A DNA stretch of 62,889 nt, filler included, from Octopus bimaculoides (Eukaryota), in the NCBI RefSeq assembly GCF_001194135.2. It is 6 parts of 6 records of this genome, joined end to end, with 100 filler letters (N's around TTAATTAATTAA, not from the genome) between each part and the next. Parts side by side here need not be neighbours in the genome. Positions count along the whole stretch, not along the records: positions 1 to 21,270 come from NC_068983.1; positions 21,371 to 28,880 come from NC_069000.1; 4 more parts are not named here. One strand, given 5' to 3'. Shown in pieces: positions 11,270-24,189 of the stretch. Under the pieces are notes generated by a model. That model was given only the letters and a program-made list of their open reading frames with translations. It was not told the origin of the DNA and did no database searches. Position 1 is the first letter of the stretch; each line of letters opens with the position of its first letter. Both the position numbers and the translations under genes were made by a program.

Positions 11270-12890
11270 GATGATAACAATAATTGGAGCTAGGAGCTAT
11301 TAAAAGAAAGATATCGCGTGACGTTGGGCATGCGAATAACGAAAGTGGTGTAATGGAAGAGATGGACAGTTGTTCCCAAGAATATACTACCGTAAATTGT
11401 GAAAGAAGTGAGATCAGTGACTGTTCAAACAATGAAGATCGATTAATAATAGACAGAATTTTAGATCTATTAAATACAGAAGGGACAGAATTTATGTGCG
11501 ACTTTAAGAAGGCTAACGAATGGAGACAAAATCAAGAGACGAGAAAAGTCAATAATGTATTGAGACACATTGAAACAAAGAACATCTCACAAACAAATAA
11601 TCTTATCAAGGCTTCTAGTACGACTGTGGCGGAATGGATGGGATTGAGAACTACTGAGAACAGAACAGCGACGGATAGAAAAGGAAATAAACAACCGTGG
11701 TGAAAAAGGAGAATTTATAAAGATATAAACTCCTTGGACAGTGTAGTGTCAGTACTTGTCAGGAAAAAAGAAATGGAGAACTTAAGAATGAATGGAAATT
11801 TGAAAAAGTTAGGAAGAAGTGTGGCGTAGATACAAAAGGCCTGAATGTTGCAATTGAAGAACTGAAGCAGCGCATAATTGCAAAAGAAGCAAAGCTAGGA
11901 GTGAACAACGGATTAAGCAACACCGGTAAAACAAATTGGTCAGAACCGACCAAAAAAGATTTTATCAAGAAAGATAAATCTGGGGTAGATAAATCTGGGG
12001 TAGATAAATCTGGGGTAGATAAATCTGGGGTAGATAAATCAAGAAAGATAAATCTGGGGTAAATCTGGGGTAAGATATGGAGTAAGCAAGAACAACATAA
12101 CACTATAGTTGAATGGCTCTGCAGCCTGAGGTAAACAGCTTCTTATTCCCAGCAAGAGGCTGTCCACTTCACAGAAGACAGTATCAGAAATATGAGAAAA
12201 AAGATAAGCAATTGGAAAGCAACAGGACTTGAAGGTGTACAGGGATTTTGGATAAAAAAAAAAGTTGCCATAAATTGATCGCAGAACAATTTAATTCATT
12301 GATCAATGGAGAAGATGACATCCCAGCCTGGTTGACAAAAGGATGAACGATGTTGTGCTTGAAGGAAGCATCAAAATGAAATACTCCGACAATTACAGAC
12401 CAATTTCTTGCCTCCCGTTAATGTGGAAGTTACCGTCAGGAGGAATTGCAGAAGAACTGAATAAGTTTCTTGATGAGAACGATATATTACTGAGAGAACA
12501 AAAAAGGCTGTAAAAGGAGATGCAGAGGTAGCAAAGATCAACTATTGGTAGACAAAATGGTAATGCAAGATTGTAAACGAAGGAGAACAAATCTGGGAAT
12601 GGTCTAGATTGACTATCGCAAAGCTTATATGATTTCACATTGGTGGATCATCGAGTGCTTAGATCTGTTTGGAATTGCGAAGAATGTAACGTGTTTCTTC
12701 AGAGTATGGTGGGATGGAAAACTGAACTGACATTTTACGGGAAAAGCTTGGGCACCCTGGATATCAGAAGAGGGATTTTCCAGGGTGACAGCCTATCTCC
12801 GTTGCTTTTTGTTCACTGCATGATACCCCAAGGTACTCAGGAAAATGAACCTGAGGTATCAACTAAAGAAAAAATCCGAAACCATTAAAT
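11270..12890 (+). mobile_element. R4/Dong-type LINE, decayed N-terminal region and RT domain
   Basis: Fragments [33 protein letters not shown] and IRRGIFQGDSLSPLLFV, with many frameshifts. Confidence 0.85.
11972..12073. repeat. 15-bp tandem repeat (agataaatctggggt) inside the R4/Dong fragment
   Basis: Four perfect units plus partial units. Confidence 0.9.
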
Positions 12891-12929
12891 TACCAAATAT
12901 GTCCGCAAGTATCAATACATGTTGCCACT

Positions 12930-13048
12930 TATACCATGTGACACTGTATACCACGTGACACTGTATATCACCTGATAGGTTATACCACGTGATATTGTAT
13001 ACCATATGTCACAGCATACCACGTGACACTGTATACCATGTGATACGG
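12930..13048. repeat. 17-bp minisatellite, 7 units (tataccacgtgacactg)
   Basis: Seven consecutive degenerate units read directly. Confidence 0.9.
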
Positions 13049-13408
13049 TATTATGCTACCATAACAAGTAATGTCTGATTTAGATCTGTCAGCGATGACA
13101 TTCCAGTGGTGACATCTCCATCTGTTTTTAGACGCGGGTGATACAGAGACTACATCATCTAATGCCTGGCCTTGATTGGAGGAAAATATGACCGCTATTT
13201 CTAGTAGCTCGAACGACCTCATAGAGCATTCCTCTCATAACTGTGTCTGTAACGATGAATGATGATGATGATGATGATGATGATGTGATGATGGTAGTAG
13301 TGATGGCCATGACAACATTGACGACGATGACACGAACACACCTTTGTACATATGTGTGTGTGTGCGATATATACACACATACTAACACGTAGTCCATATG
13401 TAAATGTT

Positions 13409-13453
<45 letters not shown>

Positions 13454-14572
13454 NNNNNNNNNNNNNNNNNNNNNNNNNNNNNNNNNNNNNNNNNNNNNNN
13501 NNNNNNNNNNNNNNNNNNNNNNNNNNNNNNNNNNNNNNNNNNNNNNNNNNNNNNNNNNNNNNNNNNNNNNNNNNNNNNNNNNNNNNNNNNNNNNNNNNNN
13601 NNNNNNNNNNNNNNNNNNNNNNNNNNNNNNNNNNNNNNNNNNNNNNNNNNNNNNNNNNNNNNNNNNNNNNNNNNNNNNNNNNNNNNNNNNNNNNNNNNNN
13701 NNNNNNNNNNNNNNNNNNNNNNNNNNNNNNNNNNNNNNNNNNNNNNNNNNNNNNNNNNNNNNNNNNNNNNNNNNNNNNNNNNNNNNNNNNNNNNNNNNNN
13801 NNNNNNNNNNNNNNNNNNNNNNNNNNNNNNNNNNNNNNNNNNNNNNNNNNNNNNNNNNNNNNNNNNNNNNNNNNNNNNNNNNNNNNNNNNNNNNNNNNNN
13901 NNNNNNNNNNNNNNNNNNNNNNNNNNNNNNNNNNNNNNNNNNNNNNNNNNNNNNNNNNNNNNNNNNNNNNNNNNNNNNNNNNNNNNNNNNNNNNNNNNNN
14001 NNNNNNNNNNNNNNNNNNNNNNNNNNNNNNNNNNNNNNNNNNNNNNNNNNNNNNNNNNNNNNNNNNNNNNNNNNNNNNNNNNNNNNNNNNNNNNNNNNNN
14101 NNNNNNNNNNNNNNNNNNNNNNNNNNTATATATATATATATATATGTAATCATTTACAGATAAGTGTATGTGCCGTCACATAAACACGTTCTATTAAAAA
14201 GACTAGTCAGTATATTTGGTACGTCTACCGAGAAAACAAGTAGATGTACGCAACTAACCTTGATAGCGCTGTCTATCTCGTATCTAGAATACATGATTCC
14301 ACAGTGATGTCTTCCAACACGACAACAACTGAGATTAATAAGGAGAAATCAATGAGGAAAAAAAAATGTTAAAAGAACTACTCCAAGACATTGGCTTTAA
14401 AACAATGAACGAAACCAAGAAAAATAAAAAAAGAATTAGGAATAAAAGATATCAAAAAGAAAAACCATATTTTAAAATTTATTAAGATCGAGAGAGGTAT
14501 GTCAAGTATGACATGCGCGTTTTGATCAAAGAATTGAGTCTACAAATCTTATGAATCTTTTATCGCGCACTT

Positions 14573-14850
14573 CTTTCAGTTAATGGAGTGCGGCCATGCT
14601 GGGGCACAGCGATGAATTCTTTTGTTTTTTGCTTTTTAATTGAACAAATCGGTCTCAGTATTTACGTTTTGTTGTTTTTTTTATTATTTAAAAAAAATTT
14701 ATCTGGTATTTATTCTATCGATCTCTTTGGCCGAACTGTTCAGTAACGAGGATGTAAAGAAACGAACATCGTTTGTCAAGCGGCGCGCGGAAGACAGATG
14801 CGCGTGCGCGCACACATTCACACACACTCTCTCTCTCATACACACACACA
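14573..14850 (-). mobile_element. SINE type C 3' half
   Basis: tttcagt...gcggccatgctggggcac...tattctatcgatctctttggccgaac is homologous to the other type C copies. Confidence 0.75.
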
Positions 14851-15479
14851 CACACACACTACATATATTAATATTTAGCAGAAGCAACAGAGTGTTTGTA
14901 TAGCTGTTGATAAACAAATAAGTATATTTCCCCATGGAATGTTCTAGAATTAATNNNNNNNNNNNNNNNNNNNNNNNNNNNNNNNNNNNNNNNNNNNNNN
15001 NNNNNNNNNNNNNNNNNNNNNNNNNNNNNNNNNNNNNNNNNNNNNNNNNNNNNNNNNNNNNNNNNNNNNNNNNNNNNNNNNNNNNNNNNNNNNNNNNNNN
15101 NNNNNNNNNNNNNNNNNNNNNNNNNNNNNNNNNNNNNNNNNNNNNNNNNNNNNNNNNNNNNNNNNNNNNNNNNNNNNNNNNNNNNNNNNNNNNNNNNNNN
15201 NNNNNNNNNNNNNNNNNNNNNNNNNNNNNNNNNNNNNNNNNNNNNNNNNNNNNNNNNNNNNNNNNNNNNNNNNNNNNNNNNNNNNNNNNNNNNNNNNNNN
15301 NNNNNNTATCATAGCTGCACCCTCCTTACACGAGAGAAGTCATTGACAAAAAGACTTATTGAAATGATTCATTATTGATGCCATGTGATGCCCTTATATG
15401 ACTTTTAAGCCTGGCCAAGCTTTTACACATTCTATTACATACTAGACAACTGTGCTGGCTGGCAGGAGAAACAGGTGAC

Positions 15480-16710
15480 ACCATATGCACTCACTTAACA
15501 TGTCTTTTTAGACCTCCAACTGAGAGGCACACCCTTCCACATTTTACACACGTTCTGCTATGAATTTTAATAGCCACATCATTGTTTATCATGGGTCGAT
15601 TCCTGTGAGATATTTGATGGCTCACCAGGCCTGCACGATTCAAACGACTCCTCTCACAAACCACACACACAAAAAACAACACTCACTTTCCACAGGTTCC
15701 CCACTTCTAAGCCCCCTCTTAATTCTCTCATACTTCACTCTCTCCCTCTCAAACCTTGAACAACCACCATGCACTATCTTCCTCCACCCTTCACGGTCTT
15801 GTGCCTCCCTCTCCCAGTTACCAGCTGCAATTCCTGTCTGTATTAGAGCATTTTTAAAGCAATCCTTAAGTCTTAGTTTAGGCTTATGGGCTGGTCTCCT
15901 GCCATCATCCAGCTCACCGTACAATAGCTACTTGGACAGTCACTCATCACTCATCCTTACAAAATGTCCCCCACCCACCTCAAACGTCTTTGCAAAATCA
16001 TTGACTCTATACTTCTACTGCCACTCCTCTCATTACTAATGGCCATTTTCCAGTTTATCCCTCAAATTTTTCTCAGGTAATATTGATAGTATCGTTCCAG
16101 TTGCCTTACATGCCTACGGTAAACAACCCATACCTCACTCCCATATAGCAAAGATGGCCGCACGTGTTATATACCTTAACTTTAAATTGTGAAAATGTAT
16201 CATGTTGTTTCTACAGACGCCTATCAAGCCTACCAAAAGCACTACTAGCCCTGCTGATTCTGTATGAAATTTCATCATCAAGACCAGCAGTGCTCAACGT
16301 ACTTCCTGAACAATAAATGTAATAATTAAACTGTATAACTCGTTGTGTTATCTCTGCGAGTCACCCGAGGGAAACATAACACTTCCTAAATAAATAAATC
16401 TAGGCACAGTCTCCAACCTTTGACCATTCACAGTTATAAAAGGTTCCACATACATCTTGGAGGGAGAGGGCTGGTACATTATAACAGTTTTTTTTTAGAT
16501 TGATTGTTAGATCCAATGCTTTACATGCTGCAGAAATCGCATTCACCATGTGCTGCATATCTTTCTGGGAATGTGCCAACAGGTCAAAATTATCTGTATA
16601 CAGGAACTCAATGAGGTGAGAATGCAGAACGTTCGTTTTAGCACAGAGTCTTTTGAGATTGAACAGTTTTCCCGTTGTCCTATATCTTATATAGACCCCT
16701 TCAATGCAAT
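15480..16710 (-). mobile_element. RTE-type LINE 3' half, decayed
   Basis: YIRYRTTGKLFNLKRL, FIYLGS, RISRASSAFGRL, LLYGSEVW, RRLRWVG, LYGELDDGRR, and C-terminal CxxC/H motifs. Confidence 0.85.
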
Positions 16711-16881
16711 CTTCAATATAAATATATATATAATCATTTACACATACATACACACACAGTTGCATACACACAAACATACACGCACATGCATGCATACTTA
16801 CACATAATATACATTGGTAAATAAAATACATGTATACGTGAATATGTGCAGGTGTTTTTGAGTGCATCAGTATGTACACAA

Positions 16882-17116
16882 TATATTCGTTGGTTTATCT
16901 AAGAATACGTGACGATGATAATATATTTAATACTTATTTCGCAGTGTGGTAAAACTGATGTCTAATGCTACCATACACATATGGAAAATAATAACACTAG
17001 CTTAAATATTAATATCGTAAGAAGACTGGTGTCAAACAAACAACTAGTCGGACGTTCATCAGAAATGTCAGTAGCTTATTTCTATGGAAGACCATAATAG
17101 TTATTTCAGAAGATGC
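16882..17116 (+). repeat. About 235-bp direct repeat, copy 1
   Basis: Nearly identical to 19794-20029 (about five differences by eye). Confidence 0.95.
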
Positions 17117-17118
17117 AA

Positions 17119-17975
17119 ACTACTGGCCTATTACAACGTAAGGGTACGGTGCTTTACAAAATAATAAAAATAATAAAAAGAACCTGGAACTACTTGTGAC
17201 CAACAGCTCAGATATAAGTGTTCGTAATTACACGAATAACTTCTAAAGCGAACTAAACTTTTGTATTTAAAAACATTATGAGTACAAAAAAGGAAACTCT
17301 GCAGCCGAAGTGACTCGAAATATACACTCAGTTTGTGGGAAAGAATGCTTGAATGAAAGAACTTGCAGAAGATCGTTTGCAAAATTCAGAAGTGGAGATT
17401 TCAGCCTTGAAGATGAAGATCGAACAGGACGTCCAGTTGAGTTTGATGATAAGCTCTTTGAGGCATTACTTGAAGAAAATCCTGCATTATTAGTTGAAGA
17501 ATTAGCAATAAAGCTTAGTTCAAATCATACAACTGTCCATCGTCCTCTTCAACAACTTGGAAAGGTTCCTAAACTTGGAAAATGGATGCCTCATGAATTG
17601 TGCGAAAGCAACCGCAAATCCCGAGTTGGCATCTTCTCTTCTCCTTTCTCGTAAACTCATTTCTCTCATTTTGTATAGACTTGTGACTGGTGACGAAAAA
17701 TGGATCATCTATCGAAATGTTAAACGTCGTAAACAGTGGCTTGGTAAAAGAGAAAAAGATCAACCACAACCGAGAAGGGAACTTCATGGAAAAAAGTTTC
17801 TTCTCTTTATCTGGTGAGATTGCAAAAGAGTAATTCACTTTGAATTGTTACCACCTAATGCAACAATCAATGCTCAAGTCTACTGTCAGCAATTAGAGTA
17901 TTTGAACCAAGCTTTAAAGAAAAAAAGACCTGCTTTAGTGAATCGAAAAGGAGTGATGTTTCATCAGGACAATGC
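17119..17975 (+). pseudogene. Mariner transposase (Mos1/Hsmar1-like), frameshifted, 3' part in gap
   Basis: KFRSGDFSLEDEDRTGRP, GKWMPHEL, LVTGDEKWIIY, ELLPPNATINAQVYCQQL and VMFHQDNA are mariner HTH, linker and DD34D motifs. Confidence 0.92.
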
Positions 17976-18525
17976 NNNNNNNNNNNNNNNNNNNNNNNNN
18001 NNNNNNNNNNNNNNNNNNNNNNNNNNNNNNNNNNNNNNNNNNNNNNNNNNNNNNNNNNNNNNNNNNNNNNNNNNNNNNNNNNNNNNNNNNNNNNNNNNNN
18101 NNNNNNNNNNNNNNNNNNNNNNNNNNNNNNNNNNNNNNNNNNNNNNNNNNNNNNNNNNNNNNNNNNNNNNNNNNNNNNNNNNNNNNNNNNNNNNNNNNNN
18201 NNNNNNNNNNNNNNNNNNNNNNNNNNNNNNNNNNNNNNNNNNNNNNNNNNNNNNNNNNNNNNNNNNNNNNNNNNNNNNNNNNNNNNNNNNNNNNNNNNNN
18301 NNNNNNNNNNNNNNNNNNNNNNNNNNNNNNNNNNNNNNNNNNNNNNNNNNNNNNNNNNNNNNNNNNNNNNNNNNNNNNNNNNNNNNNNNNNNNNNNNNNN
18401 NNNNNNNNNNNNNNNNNNNNNNNNNNNNNNNNNNNNNNNNNNNNNNNNNNNNNNNNNNNNNNNNNNNNNNNNNNNNNNNNNNNNNNNNNNNNNNNNNNNN
18501 NNNNNNNNNNNNNNNNNNNNNNNNN

Positions 18526-18603
<78 letters not shown>

Positions 18604-19339
18604 TGTATGTATGTATGTATGTATCTACGTGTGTACATGTGTGTGTGCATGTATGTGTGCATATGCGCATGATACCAAGTGATACACAGAATGAATATAT
18701 ACACAAATTTATAAATATACAATCCAATGAATGCACAACAGTATGTAAAAATAAAAAAGAACAAGTGAAACTCCGCAACCCGGCGCACACATATATGCAA
18801 ATACGAACCACTGAGCGTGCACATTAAATATGCATAATGCAAATATGGTTATGTGTATGCATGCACATATTTATTTATAAAATTCAAACCCAAGGTTAAT
18901 ATTTATAAAATTCTCCTCTTTAAGGTGCATATTTATTTGTTTATTCCAAAATCTCGTGCGATCTCACGTGATTTTATTGTGTTTTTACCCAAGACCGAGT
19001 TGAACATCAACGTCTATTGTGGCGGACTTGAATAATTGCTGAGAGCTATCTATCTCAACATGTAACCAATGGTAGTTTCGTTCTCTCACGAATAAAGAAT
19101 ATCTATCCACCAATGCGGTGTTGAGCACTCACCCTCGTTGTTCAATATGTGTGTGTGTGTGTGTGTACGTGCGTGTGTGTGTGCGTATGTATGTGTGTGT
19201 GCTTCTGTGTGTGTGCGCACGTGTGTGTTTGAGTGGTGTGCGTGCGTGCGTGCGTGCCTGTGTGTGTGTGTCTGTGTGAGTGTGGTGTGGTGTGTGTGTG
19301 TGTGTGTGTGTATGCGTGTGTGTGTGTGTGTGTGCGTGT

Positions 19340-19566
19340 GCATGTGTGTCTTTGTTTCATTGAATCTGTGTTTGTCCCCCATCATCGTTTGACAACCGGT
19401 GTTGGTGCGTTCACGTCCCTGTAAACTAGCAGGTCGGCAAAAGATCGATAAAATAAGTACCCTTCTTTAAAAAAAACGTAAGTACTAGGGTAGATTAGTT
19501 CCACTGAAAATTCTTCAAGGCGGTACCCCAGCATGGCCGCGGTCTAATGACTGAAGCGGGTACAAG
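19340..19566 (+). mobile_element. SINE type C 3' half following a (TG)n tract
   Basis: tgtgtttgtcccc...ttgacaaccgg...aagtac...caaggcggtaccccagcatggccgcggtctaatgactgaa. Confidence 0.85.
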
Positions 19567-19615
19567 ATAAATATTATGTGGGTGCGTGTATGTGTATGTA
19601 TGTACGCATGTATAT

Positions 19616-19665
<50 letters not shown>

Positions 19666-19694
19666 TACATGTATCTATCAATTTCTCTATATAT

Positions 19695-19735
<41 letters not shown>

Positions 19736-19793
19736 TGTGTGTTTATACACATGCAGAGAGATTATGCACACAAATACACACAGATGTGAGCGT

Positions 19794-20029
19794 TATATTC
19801 GTTGGTTTTGTCTAAGAATACGTGACGATGATAATATATTTAATACTTATTTCGCAATGTGGTAAAAATGATGTCTAATGCTACCATACACATATGGAAA
19901 ATAATAACACTAGCTTAAATATTAATATCGTAAGAAGACTGGTGTCAAACAAACAACTAGTCGGACGTTCATCAGAAATGTCAGTAGCTTATTTCTATGG
20001 AAGACCATAATAGTTATTTCAGAAGACGC
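19794..20029 (+). repeat. About 235-bp direct repeat, copy 2
   Basis: Nearly identical to 16882-17116. Confidence 0.95.
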
Positions 20030-20189
20030 CCAATAACGTCTAGCTAAAGAGTAAACATTTATACAACAGTTCACAGACAATCGAAAATCGAAAATATCGG
20101 CGGTGCATCAAGATTTCCTCCCCTTATCACCCCACCCACCCACTTACACATATTCATATGTACAGACATAGTTATATTTATATAAATGT

Positions 20190-20230
<41 letters not shown>

Positions 20231-20414
20231 CATACATGCAAACAAAAACAAAAACGATATGTACATACATATGTATATGTACAGACATTTTAATGTGTGT
20301 GCGTGTGTGTGTGTTCGTGCATGTGTGTGTATGTGTGTGTGTACATACATACATACATACATACATACATACATACATACATACATACATACATACATAC
20401 ATACATGCATACGA

Positions 20415-20730
20415 TGTTAACATCGTAAACTTGAAGATCAGTGAAAATGAGAACACCTATGTTGAACTATTCAGAAATCTGCAGTTACTCTATCCAGATT
20501 ACAAGTTCAGGTCTATACCTCTAATTATTGAGGCCCTGGGATATGTGAGACTGCATAANNNNNNNNNNTAATTATTGAGGCCCTGGGATATGTGAGACTG
20601 CATAACTATCAATATTAAGAAAATTGACTTCTCAAAACCAAAAAGGAGAAAGCTAATTCGAAGACTACAGATCCAATCCTTCACTGGAACTGTAACAAAA
20701 ATCGTAATAATGTGTTTTGAATGGCACAAC
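20415..20730 (+). mobile_element. RLE-type LINE 3' fragment (second family)
   Basis: KISENENTYVELFRNLQLLYPDYKFRSIPLIIEALGYV resembles the K..KY..L....P.IIGALG end of restriction-like endonucleases. Confidence 0.65.
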
Positions 20731-20828
20731 AATGCACTTTAATAACTGGTGTAATCTAATCATCCATAGCCTGATATATTTCTGAATATAAAAATTCCTT
20801 CTTCAGATATCCTTAGGTACCAAAATAA

Positions 20829-21033
20829 AATTTGGGATTTATGGAGGGTCAAAGTTGGGAACTATCTCTCTCTTCTATCCTTTCTCTTGTCAAAGAAACT
20901 ATTTCTCCAGCGTTCGCTATTTTACCCTCATTCTGGTCTAACGATCTTCCATGTTTGTTTTCGTTCGGTTTCCTTGTATGTCTCCACTGTCCTAATTTTG
21001 TTCCCAACTTTGACCCTCCATAAATCCCAAATT
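20829..21033. repeat. Perfect 34-bp inverted repeat with 137-bp spacer
   Basis: aatttgggatttatggagggtcaaagttgggaac (20829-20862) is the exact reverse complement of 21000-21033. Confidence 0.95.
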
Positions 21034-22799
21034 GCTTTTAGCCCCAGGAGGACATCTCCTCCAGCTGGCTTATCGACACACGACTGTGTCCTGTTTGCCA
21101 AGGGAGTTATCCCTCTCACCACGACCAGCAGCACGAACGTATCCGGATTTCAGCTAAAAGCAACAGTAACATCCACCCCTAGGGGTCAGCCACACTTAAG
21201 TGGCAATATACTACACTTTATCGTGCAGTTACTGTTAATACTTCATTTAGAGAATTAACATTGCTTGTTTNNNNNNNNNNNNNNNNNNNNNNNNNNNNNN
21301 NNNNNNNNNNNNNNTTAATTAATTAANNNNNNNNNNNNNNNNNNNNNNNNNNNNNNNNNNNNNNNNNNNNTTTTTTTTTTTTTTTTAATTTTAGTCAACA
21401 TGCAGCTATCATGTGACAGCAACGACGACGGCGGCGGCTATGACGACGACGATGATGACGACAATTATGGGGAGACGATCAAGGCGACGATAGTGGTAGT
21501 GATGACTATGGTACTGATTAAGTTAGCGAAAAGGAAAGGGAGGGGGGAGGGGAGGTGAGGATGGCGGCGGCGGCGATGATGGTGGAAGTATTATATGATT
21601 AATGTACGAGCACAAAGTTCCACCTGATCTGTAGAAAATTAAATGTTAAGTCGTATTCGTTAGGGAAATGAAAGATGATCTGTAAAATAAGAAGACCCTT
21701 CTCAAATGGACTCGGCTCACCGGAAGCTTCCATTTATTGCATAGTCAATTGATTCTCGTGAGATACTTTGTTGGCGATTGAATCCCTTCTACATATGTGA
21801 CAGCTACCGTTTTATATAAATCCATTTTGGACATGAATCTGAAGAATATTGGGGTGTGGGTGGAGTTGTTTTTCTGCATTCGTTCAATGTAATCTTCCGA
21901 TATTTGATAAAAGATTTTGGAATATTTTATTTCTTGATGATGTTCAGACGCATATCATCCAGAAAAGGGTTGCATGTCATTTCTTACTTAGCTCTCATAG
22001 TATTCTCACTCTGTCGTTGTGCATCCTTTCCACCAACACCCTATACAATTTCATTATGGACGTCTTTTAACGACAGCTTTTCTCATGAGTAGTTGGCAGG
22101 CGTTAAAAATTGTATGGCTGACTTCACTTCTCCCTACCCCCATTTGATCCACTACACCATTTTTCATTGATCCAGTACCCCAATTTCCATTGAAGTGGCC
22201 AACTGCGGGAAGATATAGCTCTCAAATCATTACCTAACTAGGAATTTCTGCAGATGCTACACAGCTTTCAAGCTGGTAGAAGGACAAGAGGAAATTATCC
22301 TCAAACCAGGTCTGAATACTAGTAACACTGTGAACTCTGCTAAAGATGCCCTTGAATCAGCTGTTACGTTCACCAGGGTGACATTTTGCATCTACCACCT
22401 AATTTAGAGCATATATGTAAAAAAAAATGTCTGAAACGAACAACATGTATGCATGATAAGAGGAGAGGTGTATCATAGTCAAGTTATATATATTGCATTC
22501 TCCTTGGTATTAGGTTAACCTTCAAAAGGAACTCGTACAGCGCTGCCAAGCATTTATCCGCTTACACAACATGTCAGATTGACCTGTACTACGTAAAAAA
22601 AACATTTAATTTTTGCATAGTTTTTTTTTGTTTTTTTTGCAAGTCATTGAGAAAATATATTTGTCGGCAACATGTTACAACATGTTGCAACACAGTGTTG
22701 TCGTGCATTGATACATGCAAAGATTGTCCTATGGGAATTCGATACGACCTTGATGAAGTGACTGTTTCTCTGTGAGAGTGTGGGTGGATATACGTGTGT

Positions 22800-22970
22800 A
22801 TGAGAGAGTGCGTGCGTGAGCACGCGTACACACACACACATATATACATATGCATATGTATATACTTATATAAATATACACAAATGCATCTGTATATAGA
22901 CTTATATATATTTACATATACACACATATATACATATGTATGTATATGTATATCTATATATATATACTAA

Positions 22971-23014
<44 letters not shown>

Positions 23015-23305
23015 NNNNNNNNNNNNNNNNNNNNNNNNNNNNNNNNNNNNNNNNNNNNNNNNNNNNNNNNNNNNNNNNNNNNNNNNNNNNNNNNNNNNNN
23101 NNNNNNNNNNNNNNNNNNNNNNNNNNNNNNNNNNNNNNNNNNNNNNNNNNNNNNNNNNNNNNNNNNNNNNNNNNNNNNNNNNNNNNNNNNNNNNNNNNNN
23201 NNNNNNNNNNNNNNNNNNNNNNNNNNNNNNNNNNNNNNNNNNNNNNNNNNNNNNNNNNNNNNNNNNNNNTATATATAGATATACATATACATACATATGT
23301 ATATA

Positions 23306-23343
<38 letters not shown>

Positions 23344-23525
23344 AGTATATATATATAGATATACATATACATACATATGTATATATGTGTGTATATGTAA
23401 ATATATATAAGTATATACATATGCATATGTAAATATACACAAATGCATCTGTATATACACTTACATATATTTATATATACACACATATATACATATGTAT
23501 GTATATGTATATCTATATATATATA

Positions 23526-23599
<74 letters not shown>

Positions 23600-23660
23600 T
23601 ATATAAATATATGTATATACATACATACATATATACAATACATACATACATAAATACAGA
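22800..23660. repeat. Compound (TA)/(CA)/(TACA) low-complexity block with gap
   Basis: Read directly. Confidence 0.9.
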
Positions 23661-23748
23661 AGCAGTATCAATATCAAAAGGCAATTTTTATATCCAACTT
23701 AACGTAGGCGTATTGTTAGAGTTCCTAACACAGCGTCATTTACCTTAA

Positions 23749-24051
23749 GACAACACTCATATGGATGAATGGTGCATAAAAGCATAAATATTTATATTAC
23801 TGGCAGATGAGAATCGTCTACTACGGGAGCCAAAGCTGTCAGATCACTTGATTTCGACGTGCACCATCTCCTCAATAGCAGACGTCTGGTAGCCGTATAC
23901 AGGCCAATCTCACTGCTAGCGATATGTAGGATTTCAGTGCCCGTTCAGGCAGTGATGTCGCAGACAGCCAATAGACTTATCAGAAAATAATTATTAGCGA
24001 CAGAAGCAGTATTGTATTTTTATGCACCATGCGTCCATATGAGAGATCCTC
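23749..24051. mobile_element. MITE-like element with about 30-bp imperfect TIRs
   Basis: ctcatatggatgaatggtgcataaaa (23755-23780) versus ttttatgcaccatgcgtccatatgag (about 24017-24043). Flanks are TTAA and TCAA. Confidence 0.65.
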
Positions 24052-24189
24052 TCAAGATAAATAAAGAAGTATTTGACGCTCTAGCAAGACATTTACGTTA
24101 TGTTGTATATAAAGGTTACCTTTTGATATTAATACTGCTTGTGTCATTAATTATTTTTAATAAGCCTGTTGGCTATTTGCAACATAGGA

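Noticed and set aside
20520-20606. Direct repeat taattattgaggccctgggatatgtgagactgcataa either side of a 10-N gap
   Set aside because: Typical unmerged contig overlap.
21315-21326. TTAATTAATTAA islands inside N runs (also 28925, 35432, 42330, 61578)
   Set aside because: Always centred in 44 N + 12 + 44 N. This is an artificial all-frame-stop scaffold linker, not biology.
23950-24005. NNYFLISLLAVCDI on the minus strand, resembling class A GPCR TM2
   Set aside because: Flanked by stops, no splice sites, and it lies inside a MITE.
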